Assembly: GCA_017610175.1 (NCBI GenBank)
Contig: JAFCCO010000013.1
Location: 1-34,389 of the forward strand
DNA: 34,389 bases
Origin: Candidatus Iainarchaeum sp.
Lineage (GTDB): Archaea; Iainarchaeota; Iainarchaeia; Iainarchaeales; GCA-2688035
Direction of reading: 5' to 3'
Positions 27,158 to 34,389 of this stretch are shown here, one piece after another; the stretch's first letter is position 1, and each line of letters starts with the position of its first letter. Made by a program: the position numbers and the translations under genes. The notes under the pieces are model-generated. The model was not told where the DNA came from and did no database searches. It was given only the letters and a program-made list of their open reading frames with translations.

Positions 27158-27774
27158 GAATTGACGGCCTGTACTTTATCACAGACCCCAGCCTGACCAA
27201 ACAGGGCGTCTTCAAAGACACAGAGCAGGTGCTTGAAGCAGGCTGCAGAATCGTTCAGTACAGGGAAAAGCAAAAGCCGCTGGATGAAAAGATTGCGGAA
27301 GCAAAGGAACTGCTTGCGCTCTGCAAAAAACACAACGCACTCTTCATTGTGAACAACGATGTTGAAATTGCAAAGGAAGTTGGTGCAGGCGGGGTGCACT
27401 TAGGGCAGGATGACATGCCAATTGCAGAAGCGAGAAAAATTCTTGGAAACAAAGTGATTGGGCTAACAGCCCACAATGTTGCTGAGGCAGTTGAGGCTGA
27501 GAAAAGCGGGGCACAGTACCTTGGAATTTCACCGATTTTTCACACAGACACAAAAAAGGATGCCGGAGAGCCTGCGGGCGTAAAGCTTTTGCGGGACGTT
27601 AAAGAAAAGGTTGGAATTCCACTTGTCGGAATCGGCGGAATAAACGGGCAAAACCTTGAACAGGTTTTTGAGGCGGGAGCCGACTCTGTTGCAATAATTT
27701 CTGCAATCGTGTGCGCTGAAAATGTTTTTGACGCCGCAGAGAAAATTGTTCAAAAAATTGAGGGACTAAAATGA
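27154..27774 (+). CDS. thiE: thiamine-phosphate synthase
   Basis: LYFITD, VQYREK, GVHLGQDD, IGGIN. Confidence 0.96.
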   Translation: MRIDGLYFITDPSLTKQGVFKDTEQVLEAGCRIVQYREKQKPLDEKIAEAKELLALCKKHNALFIVNNDVEIAKEVGAGGVHLGQDDMPIAEARKILGNKVIGLTAHNVAEAVEAEKSGAQYLGISPIFHTDTKKDAGEPAGVKLLRDVKEKVGIPLVGIGGINGQNLEQVFEAGADSVAIISAIVCAENVFDAAEKIVQKIEGLK

Positions 27775-29006
27775 CCCAGCTTGAGACTGCGAGTGCAGGA
27801 AAGGTTTCAAAGGAAATGAGGCAGGCCGCAAAGCAGGAGCCTGTTAATGCAGAGCAACTGCGCAAGCTAATTAAGAAAGGGCACGCGGTAATTCCGGCAA
27901 ACTCCAGGCACAAGGGCTTAAAGCCGATTGCAATTGGCAGGGGATTGAAAACAAAAATCAACGCGAACCTGGGAACTTCCCCGCTTAAGGCAAGCCTGAA
28001 GCTTGAGCTTAAGAAAATGGAGGTTGCAATAAAGTTTGGGGCCGACACGGTGATGGATTTAAGCATTGGCGGCAACGTTGACGCGATAAGGGCAGAGATT
28101 ATAAAAAAGTCAACGGTTCCTGTTGGGACAGTTCCGCTTTACCAGGCCTTTTTGGGAAAGGAGATTTCCGAGGTTTCAGGCGATGACCTTCTTGGCTCAA
28201 TTGAAAAGCACTGCAAAAGCGGGGTTGATTTTGTCACAGTACACTGCGGGGTCACAAAGAGGGCAATTCCACTTTCGCGCAGCCGGCTTGGAGGTGTTGT
28301 AAGCAGGGGCGGTTCGCTTTTGTTGCGGTGGATTGCATGCAACAAGAAGGAAAGTCCGCTTTACACAAACTATGATTATATTTTGGAAATGGCAAAGGAC
28401 CTTGACGTTACATTAAGCCTTGGGGACGGAATGCGGCCCGGTTGTTTGAAGGACGCAACAGACAAGGTGCAGCTGCATGAACTTCGCATTCTGGGAAAGC
28501 TGGCTGAGCGCGCGAGAAATGCGGGTATTCAGGTAATAATTGAGGGGCCCGGGCATGTTCCTCTGAACCAAATTGAGCGAAATGTAAGGCTTCAGAAAAA
28601 GGCCTGCGGGGGAGCGCCATTCTACGTTCTCGGACCGCTGGTTACAGATATTGCGCCAGGGTATGACCACATAACCAGCGCAATCGGTGGGGCGCTTGCG
28701 GCATTTCACGGAGCCGACTTTCTTTGTTACGTTACCCCGTCCGAACACCTGAGTTTGCCTGATTTGAATGATGTAAAAGAGGGCGTAATTGCCTCAAAAA
28801 TTGCGGCCCATGCGGCAGACATTGCAAAGGGAATTCCCCATGCGCGCGACCAGGATGACAGGATGTCCGCGTGCCGCAGGAACCTGGACTGGAAAGGGAT
28901 GTTTGGGGAGTGCATTGATGCGGATAAGGCAAGGGCCTATCGAAAAAGGTCAAAGATTAAAAGCAAGGAGTGCACTATGTGTGGTAAGCTTTGTGCACTG
29001 AAATGA
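27771..29006 (+). CDS. thiC: phosphomethylpyrimidine synthase
   Basis: KINANLG, GADTVMDLS, SRGGS, EGPGHVP, CTMCGKLC Fe-S motif. Confidence 0.97.
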   Translation: MTQLETASAGKVSKEMRQAAKQEPVNAEQLRKLIKKGHAVIPANSRHKGLKPIAIGRGLKTKINANLGTSPLKASLKLELKKMEVAIKFGADTVMDLSIGGNVDAIRAEIIKKSTVPVGTVPLYQAFLGKEISEVSGDDLLGSIEKHCKSGVDFVTVHCGVTKRAIPLSRSRLGGVVSRGGSLLLRWIACNKKESPLYTNYDYILEMAKDLDVTLSLGDGMRPGCLKDATDKVQLHELRILGKLAERARNAGIQVIIEGPGHVPLNQIERNVRLQKKACGGAPFYVLGPLVTDIAPGYDHITSAIGGALAAFHGADFLCYVTPSEHLSLPDLNDVKEGVIASKIAAHAADIAKGIPHARDQDDRMSACRRNLDWKGMFGECIDADKARAYRKRSKIKSKECTMCGKLCALK

Positions 29007-29950
29007 TTTTTATGGAACTCAAAGAGCTTGGGGAACAGGGCCTGATAAGGCGCATTGCAAGAAAAGCAAAGAACAAAAACGTTCTTGTTGGAATCGGCGA
29101 CGACGGGGCTGTTGTAAGGGTTGGAAAGAAAAAACTTGTTTTTACTGTGGACACGTTGGTTGAAGGCGACCACTTCACCCGCAGTTGGTTTACCCCAAAG
29201 CAGATTGGGATGAAAGCAATTGAGATTAATGTGTCAGATATTGGCGCAATGAATGCCGTTCCGCTTTACGCGCTTGTTTCGCTTTGCCTGCCAAAGAATA
29301 CTACCCTCAAGTTTGTTGACGGGCTTTACAAGGGAATTTATTCTGCCGCGCGAAAGTATTCGCTTGACATTATTGGCGGCAACATGACCCACGGGAAACA
29401 AATTGTTGTGGACATTACCCTTATTGGGGAGCTTAAGGGAAAGGCCGTTCTTAGGAGTGGTGCAAAGCCCGGGCACGTAATTGTTGCAAGCGGAAAGCTT
29501 GGTGCAAGCTGTGCCGGCCTGAATCTTTTCCTGAAAAAGAAGCGCGGTTTTGATGCGGTTAGAAAAAAGTATCTTGAGCCAAAGGCAAACATTGGCAAGG
29601 CCTACACCCTTGCAAAGTATGCAAGTGCAATGGAGGACATAAGTGACGGCCTTGCGTCTGACGTGAGAAACATCTGCAATGCAAGCGGGTGCGGCGCGGT
29701 AATTAATTGGGAAAAGATTCCTGTTTCAGGGGATTGTGAAAAGGCCGCAAGGGCTTTGGGAAAGAATGCAAGAAACTTTGCCCTTTTTGGGGGGGAAGAC
29801 TTTGAGCTTGTTGCAACCGTTCCAAAAAAGCATGCCTCAAAGGTAAAGGGCTTTGTTGTGGGGGAAGTTGTTAAGGGCCGCGGGCTGTGGCTTGCAAAGA
29901 ATGGTGTAAAAAAGAAAATGGAAAATGCAGGCTATGATCATTTTGCCTGA
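29003..29950 (+). CDS. thiL: thiamine-monophosphate kinase
   Basis: GIGDDGAV, NVSDIGAM, DISDGL, GGEDFEL, GYDHF. Confidence 0.96.
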   Translation: MIFMELKELGEQGLIRRIARKAKNKNVLVGIGDDGAVVRVGKKKLVFTVDTLVEGDHFTRSWFTPKQIGMKAIEINVSDIGAMNAVPLYALVSLCLPKNTTLKFVDGLYKGIYSAARKYSLDIIGGNMTHGKQIVVDITLIGELKGKAVLRSGAKPGHVIVASGKLGASCAGLNLFLKKKRGFDAVRKKYLEPKANIGKAYTLAKYASAMEDISDGLASDVRNICNASGCGAVINWEKIPVSGDCEKAARALGKNARNFALFGGEDFELVATVPKKHASKVKGFVVGEVVKGRGLWLAKNGVKKKMENAGYDHFA

Positions 29951-29952
29951 CT

Positions 29953-30114
29953 TTACTTCTTCTTTGATTTGTGCTTTAGCCTAAGGGACTTTGATCCGCA
30001 CTTTCTGCATCTAATCGGCTTGCTGCCTTCAGTGCATCTGTTGTTTGCATTGCATTTCATGCAAATCCAAACATTTTTGAAAATTCTGTTGTCCGCTTCC
30101 TCAAATCTGGGCAA
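29953..30114 (-). CDS. rpl40e: 50S ribosomal protein L40e (below ORF-track cutoff)
   Basis: TTG start; [25 protein letters not shown]...[15 protein letters not shown]. Confidence 0.93.
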   Translation of the reverse strand: MPRFEEADNRIFKNVWICMKCNANNRCTEGSKPIRCRKCGSKSLRLKHKSKKK

Positions 30115-30200
30115 TTAAACCACCAATAAAATTCGTTTCTAATTAATTGTGCCTTAGTTAAATTTATAAATGATTACAAATTCTATCTATTTATAACTAA

Positions 30201-30222
30201 TTTTAGCAAGAGTTTGCTAAAA
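30201..30222. promoter_or_regulatory. perfect palindrome upstream of tRNA-Glu
   Basis: ttttagcaa-gagt-ttgctaaaa, between a TTTATAA box and the tRNA. Confidence 0.5.
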
Positions 30223-30227
30223 CGAAT

Positions 30228-30300
30228 GCTCCCATAGTGTAACGGTTAAGCATTTCGGCCTTTCAAGCCGAAGATTCGGGTTCGAATCCCGGTGGGAGCA
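30228..30300 (+). tRNA. tRNA-Glu(TTC)
   Basis: GCTCCCA/TGGGAGC acceptor, TCGGC-CTTTCAA-GCCGA anticodon arm, TTCGAAT. Confidence 0.97.
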
Positions 30301-30342
30301 CTTTTTGGGTTTGCCCCAGCCAAACGCAAAAGACTAATTTTT

Positions 30343-31923
30343 TTAATTTTTTACAGGCATTTCCTTGATTGTTTGGTTCTCTATTTTCAGCAGCCTTTGG
30401 GCGATTTTTTTTATGAAGTATCGGTCGTGGGATATCGCAAGAATTGCCCCATCGTAATTGAGGAATGCCGTTTCAATTATTTCGCGCGCGTCAATATCCA
30501 GGTGGTTTGTTGGTTCATCCAAGAGAAGCAAATTCGGCTTGTTGATTAAAAGTTTAAGGAGGTTAAGCCTTGATTTTTCACCCATTGATAATTTTGAAAT
30601 GGGCTTGAACACTTCCGCGTCCGAAGTAAATCCCACCATTGAAAGATGCTGGCGGGTTGTTGCCATGTCTTTTAGCAGGCTGAATATTTCGTCGTAAAGG
30701 GTGGCGTCGCTTGAGAGGTCCTTTAGTTCCTGGTCGGCGTAGCCTATTTTTGCACGGGCATCAAAAACCATTTTTCCCGAGAGCAGTGGCACTCTTCCCT
30801 CAATTGTTTTGAAAAATGTGCTTTTTCCAATCCCGTTTTCTCCTGTTAGAATAATGCGTTCCCCCGGACCTATGTCAAGGTTGATGCCTGAAATCAGTGG
30901 TTTTTCATATCCAACTGAAAGGCCTGTAATTTCCAGAAGTATTTTTGAATTAATTGGGGTTGATTCAAAGTGGGTTTTGAATTGCGATTTGTCCAAGTCC
31001 GGTTTTTCAATTATTTTGCGTTTTTGCAGCAGTTTTTCCCTATATTTTCCCTGGGCAACCTTCAGCGGGCTTTTTCCAATGCGTGCAATTTTGTCTTTTT
31101 CATTTGCAAGGTATTTCTTTTCAAGAGCGAAGGCTGTTTTTTGGGCTTCGAATGTGGCTTCGCGTGTTTTCAGATATGTTGAATAATTGCCGATATATTT
31201 GCCGAGTTTTCCATTCTCTATTTTTATGATTGTGTCGCACACGCGGTCAAGAAAATACCTGTCATGCGTGACCATCAATACTGTTCCCTTGAATGTTTTC
31301 AAATAATTTTCCAGAATATTGAGGCGCTTAAAATCCAAGTGGTTTGTGGGTTCGTCCAATAAAAGAAAGTCGGCGTCGGAGGATAAAATCTGGCTGAGTG
31401 CGATGATTGTGCGTTGCCCTGTGGAAAGCAATCCGACTTTTTGGTCAAGCCAGGATTCAGGTATTTCGAGTTTTTGCAGAACGGACTTGAGTTTGTTTGA
31501 TGGTTTGGACTGGCTGTGCTTTGCTTTTTTTGCAAGCAGGTCCGAGTAACGCTGGGTAAGTTTGGCCAGCGTTGAGTTATCGGCTTCGTAAGTTGCGGGG
31601 TCGGCGAGTTTGCGTTCAACTTCCTGCAGTTCCTTTTCAAACGTTCCCTGCTGGTGGATTGTGGCGCTCGCCCCTATTGTTTCCCGCACGGTTTTGTCCA
31701 TGTTCAGGTCAATATGCTGGGAAAAATAGGCAACCTTGCCGTGGAATTCAATGCTGCCGTTGTAATCAACTTTTCCAAGGATTGCTTTGAGCAGGGTTGT
31801 TTTTCCAACCCCGTTTCTGCCAATCAGCCCGACTTTGGACCCGTCTGAAATTCCGATACTCTCATCATGCAGTATTTCAAGTTTTCCAATGGAAATTGAA
31901 AGTTTTTTTATTGAAAGCGCCAT
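30343..31923 (-). CDS. ABC-F family ATPase
   Basis: Two NBDs (GRNGVGKT, GENGIGKS), two LLLDEPTNHLD, THDRYFL, GNYSTY linker, no TM. Confidence 0.95.
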   Translation of the reverse strand: MALSIKKLSISIGKLEILHDESIGISDGSKVGLIGRNGVGKTTLLKAILGKVDYNGSIEFHGKVAYFSQHIDLNMDKTVRETIGASATIHQQGTFEKELQEVERKLADPATYEADNSTLAKLTQRYSDLLAKKAKHSQSKPSNKLKSVLQKLEIPESWLDQKVGLLSTGQRTIIALSQILSSDADFLLLDEPTNHLDFKRLNILENYLKTFKGTVLMVTHDRYFLDRVCDTIIKIENGKLGKYIGNYSTYLKTREATFEAQKTAFALEKKYLANEKDKIARIGKSPLKVAQGKYREKLLQKRKIIEKPDLDKSQFKTHFESTPINSKILLEITGLSVGYEKPLISGINLDIGPGERIILTGENGIGKSTFFKTIEGRVPLLSGKMVFDARAKIGYADQELKDLSSDATLYDEIFSLLKDMATTRQHLSMVGFTSDAEVFKPISKLSMGEKSRLNLLKLLINKPNLLLLDEPTNHLDIDAREIIETAFLNYDGAILAISHDRYFIKKIAQRLLKIENQTIKEMPVKN

Positions 31924-32079
31924 ACATAAATATTTCAGAGTGGCTTATTTAAAACAGGCAGTGAAGTGCAACCGCTTATTGGTTGGAGCATTATTCAACG
32001 TGTATTCCCTGCGGCAGCAACATCGTTGTGTTTTGCAGGCTGCAAAAGTTATTTATACCTGAAAAGCGTTCTCTGAATA

Positions 32080-32409
32080 ATGGCTTCAATGGGTTTAATT
32101 GTTGCGGTTGTAGTTGATGTAATTGTTCTCTACTACATTGCGGGCTTTTCAAAAGTGGGAAACAACAGGCCTGAGAAAGCCGTGATTGTAACCCTTGCGT
32201 CCCTTGCGTTCGGGCTGGTTGCTGGCCCGCTAATGGTGGCTTTGTTTATTGCGCTGCCCTTGCTGTTTGTTGCGAGCCTGCTGCCTGTTCTTTTGTTCAG
32301 GCTTGTGATGATTAAAATAATTTACCGCACTTCCTTTTCGCAGGCGTTCTTTGTGTGGGTTCTCTCGGCACTGGTTTCAATAGGCGTTTCCATGCTTCTG
32401 CCGGTTTAA
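32080..32409 (+). CDS. small membrane protein
   Basis: Three to four hydrophobic segments. Confidence 0.7.
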   Translation: MASMGLIVAVVVDVIVLYYIAGFSKVGNNRPEKAVIVTLASLAFGLVAGPLMVALFIALPLLFVASLLPVLLFRLVMIKIIYRTSFSQAFFVWVLSALVSIGVSMLLPV

Positions 32410-32439
32410 AAAAAAGAAAGGGTTGCCTGAATTTTGGGT

Positions 32440-32715
32440 TCAGGCTTTTTTTTCTGTCGGGGCCGGAAGTCTTGTTTTTTCAACTGTGATTATTGCGGCC
32501 CAAAACAGCATTGCTCCTGCGGTCATAACAAATCCAAGAAGCAGATCTGAAGCCGAAAAAGCAAGCAGTTCGTCGTTCCAAGCGTGGTCAATTACAAGCA
32601 TCACCGAACTTCCGCCAAGAATAAAGTTCAAAAGCCTTAATGCCTGGCTGTCGTGATTTTTCCTGCCAAAGTACAGGAGAATTGCAGCGGCCAACGGAAC
32701 AGTATAACATCCCAT
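32440..32715 (-). CDS. small membrane protein (MGCYTVPLAAA...)
   Basis: ATG 32715 after GGAGG; three TMs, LVIDHAWN motif. Confidence 0.7.
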   Translation of the reverse strand: MGCYTVPLAAAILLYFGRKNHDSQALRLLNFILGGSSVMLVIDHAWNDELLAFSASDLLLGFVMTAGAMLFWAAIITVEKTRLPAPTEKKA

Positions 32716-32787
32716 AGTAATCCCTCCTTCAATTTCAAAAGAGCAAAAACAATAAAAACAATGCCTGCGTAATTTCATTCGATAACC

Positions 32788-33399
32788 ATGCCAAAAAGAC
32801 CTGAACCAAAGCGAAAAGTTGTTAGGAAAAGCAAGCCCCCTGCCCCTCTTGCCGATGCGGCCTCTGCAAGAAGGCAGGTTAACGGGCTTAAAACGCTTTA
32901 CAAGGACCCTGCCCAAAGGGTTGATGCAATAACTAAACTGCTTAACCGCGCGGCAAGGGAAAAATCCAGTCAGGCAGTGATTGCCCTGATTGAGGATGCA
33001 AGAATGCGGGAAATTAATGCTGTTGCGGGTCAGGTCAGCATAAAGGGCTTCAATTTCAGGCAGAGCTATGAGGGAAAGCACTTGCGCTTTATGGACCAAA
33101 GGATTTGGAATAGCATTAGGCTGGGGGCTTTTCCGTCTGTTGGCGGGCTGATTCTTAGCCTGGTGGCTTTTGCGAGAAAAAGGGGGGCGCACGAATATGT
33201 CGCAGATTACATGGTTAACGGGGTTGCAATGAAGTTGCGTGTCCCTATTTTCAGGGGTGAAAAGCGTGTGAGCCATGGCGCAAAGGACCTTCTTGTCGAT
33301 GCCCTTGACCACGCAATTGCACTTTATCGAGAGGCAGGAAAGGAAACAAAGGCTGACAGGTTGCATAGCTTTCTTCTGGCGGTTGAGCGAAAACTCTGA
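32788..33399 (+). CDS. hypothetical basic protein
   Basis: 203-aa ORF with ATG start; more protein-like than its antisense frame. Confidence 0.7.
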   Translation: MPKRPEPKRKVVRKSKPPAPLADAASARRQVNGLKTLYKDPAQRVDAITKLLNRAAREKSSQAVIALIEDARMREINAVAGQVSIKGFNFRQSYEGKHLRFMDQRIWNSIRLGAFPSVGGLILSLVAFARKRGAHEYVADYMVNGVAMKLRVPIFRGEKRVSHGAKDLLVDALDHAIALYREAGKETKADRLHSFLLAVERKL

Positions 33400-33461
33400 T
33401 TTTATTAACGCTATTTAGTGAAATAGTTAAGTATATAAAGTTCAAATGCACCAATTGTAAT

Positions 33462-33788
33462 ATGAGAAAAGCATTTCTTGCATTGGTGTTGCTTGCGGTA
33501 ATTTCATTTGTTGGAAACGCATCAGCCTACGGTTATTACCAGGGCGGATCATATCCTGCAAACTACTACCCAAACAGCTACTACAACATGAGCTTTACCT
33601 ACTGGGACTATGACGGGCCATATGTAAGGGTTTCATACAGCAACGAAAGCCCTTATCACTACAGTTCAGGCAGTTATTACGGCGCAGACAGCTACTACTC
33701 CCCCTACTATTACCAGCCGTACTACAGGGCCTACAATTATAGGCAGTATTCATACAGTCCTGGCTACAGCTTTGGCTACAATTGGTAG
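33462..33788 (+). CDS. secreted Tyr/Ser/Gly-rich low-complexity protein
   Basis: Signal peptide ending ASA; 29 Tyr in the 86-aa mature part; TATA-like tatataaa upstream. Confidence 0.8.
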   Translation: MRKAFLALVLLAVISFVGNASAYGYYQGGSYPANYYPNSYYNMSFTYWDYDGPYVRVSYSNESPYHYSSGSYYGADSYYSPYYYQPYYRAYNYRQYSYSPGYSFGYNW

Positions 33789-33870
33789 GAAACCAGAGGT
33801 TAGCTTTTAAATCTTTCTTTTTCCTATTATTTAGTTAAACACAACTCTACTTTTTTTGGAGTTTCTTTGA

Positions 33871-34002
33871 ATGAGTGATAGAAGTAAAGACACAAGCCGG
33901 TTCAAGAAGACCAAGGCCAGGCAGCGCTGGAAATGGAAAAAGAAAAAGATGCGCAGAAAGAAGAGAAAGAAGCGCTACCTGAGAAAGAGAGCAAAGAGTT
34001 AA
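33871..34002 (+). CDS. rpl41e: ribosomal protein L41e (eS32)-like, below ORF-track cutoff
   Basis: MSDRSKDTSRFKKTKARQRWKWKKKKMRRKKRKKRYLRKRAKS matches the RWKWxKKxMRR pattern. Confidence 0.75.
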   Translation: MSDRSKDTSRFKKTKARQRWKWKKKKMRRKKRKKRYLRKRAKS

Positions 34003-34070
34003 AATAAAGGCTAATTTTGCTTATGTTATCGGGTTTAGCCTTCGGCAGGCTCTGCAAAAAATTCCGCTTT

Positions 34071-34361
34071 TTAGAGGAAATAAAAGAGTGCAACCATTCC
34101 CGCAATAAACGCAATGTTCTGCAGGTAAACAACCCAGTACATTTTCCTCATATCCATTTTTTCAGGCGCGGTTAACGCGGTCCTGTAAAACGGTGCCCCA
34201 AGCAGCATTACTAATCCGAGGGCAAGAAAAGGCAGGGGGAGGAACCCAATCTTTACAGGGCTGACCCTGTAAATGGAGTTCAGGCAAAGTGCAATGAATG
34301 AAAGGGCTGAAATTGTAATTGCAATGTAGTATGCAAGGCGCAGCTTTTTTTCGCCGAACAC
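34071..34361 (-). CDS. small three-TM membrane protein
   Basis: Hydrophobic ORF; start uncertain near the window edge. Confidence 0.6.
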   Translation of the reverse strand: MFGEKKLRLAYYIAITISALSFIALCLNSIYRVSPVKIGFLPLPFLALGLVMLLGAPFYRTALTAPEKMDMRKMYWVVYLQNIAFIAGMVALFYFL

Positions 34362-34389
34362 AACAACACTGCTTCTGTAGGATTGCGCT

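Noticed and set aside
18675-31848. Many antisense or alternate-frame ORFs over ftsZ, pdxST, fen, thi genes and ABC-F
   Set aside because: Shadows of strongly supported genes with no motifs of their own
32716-33366. 5' extension of the 308-aa minus-strand ORF
   Set aside because: Antisense shadow of 32788-33399; the real start is likely ATG 32715 after GGAGG

Overview
Archaeal chromosome segment. Inferred DPANN lineage, possibly Iainarchaeota/Diapherotrites- or Micrarchaeota-like, from FtsZ2-type ftsZ, fen1, aMBF1, L40e, L41e-like and DGGGP synthase genes beside bacterial-style thiamine and ABC-F genes. The left half holds two related tRNA-integrated elements, each with a tyrosine integrase next to the tRNA. 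Element 1 (101-7355, at tRNA-Ser(GCT)) has a perfect 15-bp att duplication and 16-bp inner inverted repeats. It carries a frameshifted Zn-ribbon integrase, a HerA/FtsK-like ATPase operon with a hidden Walker A behind an in-frame TGA, and an AbrB-like/trypsin/lipoprotein cassette. Element 2 (~11094-18274, at tRNA-Asn(GTT)) has a degenerate att and an integrase relic missed by the ORF track. Its cargo is Fic, an AN1-Zn-finger/HEXXH peptidase, two transglutaminase-like proteins (one PNGase-like), a CAP protein and a truncated copy of element 1's lipoprotein leader. Rhomboid, DUF2391 and nadE lie between the elements. The right half is mostly housekeeping: ftsZ, site-2 protease, mbf1, pdxTS, fen1, HTH regulator, DGGGPS, thiMECL, rpl40e, tRNA-Glu(TTC), ABC-F and rpl41e-like. 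It also holds a candidate ~125-nt structured ncRNA with its own promoter and a secreted Tyr-rich protein. All family calls come from reading motifs by eye; no searches were run.
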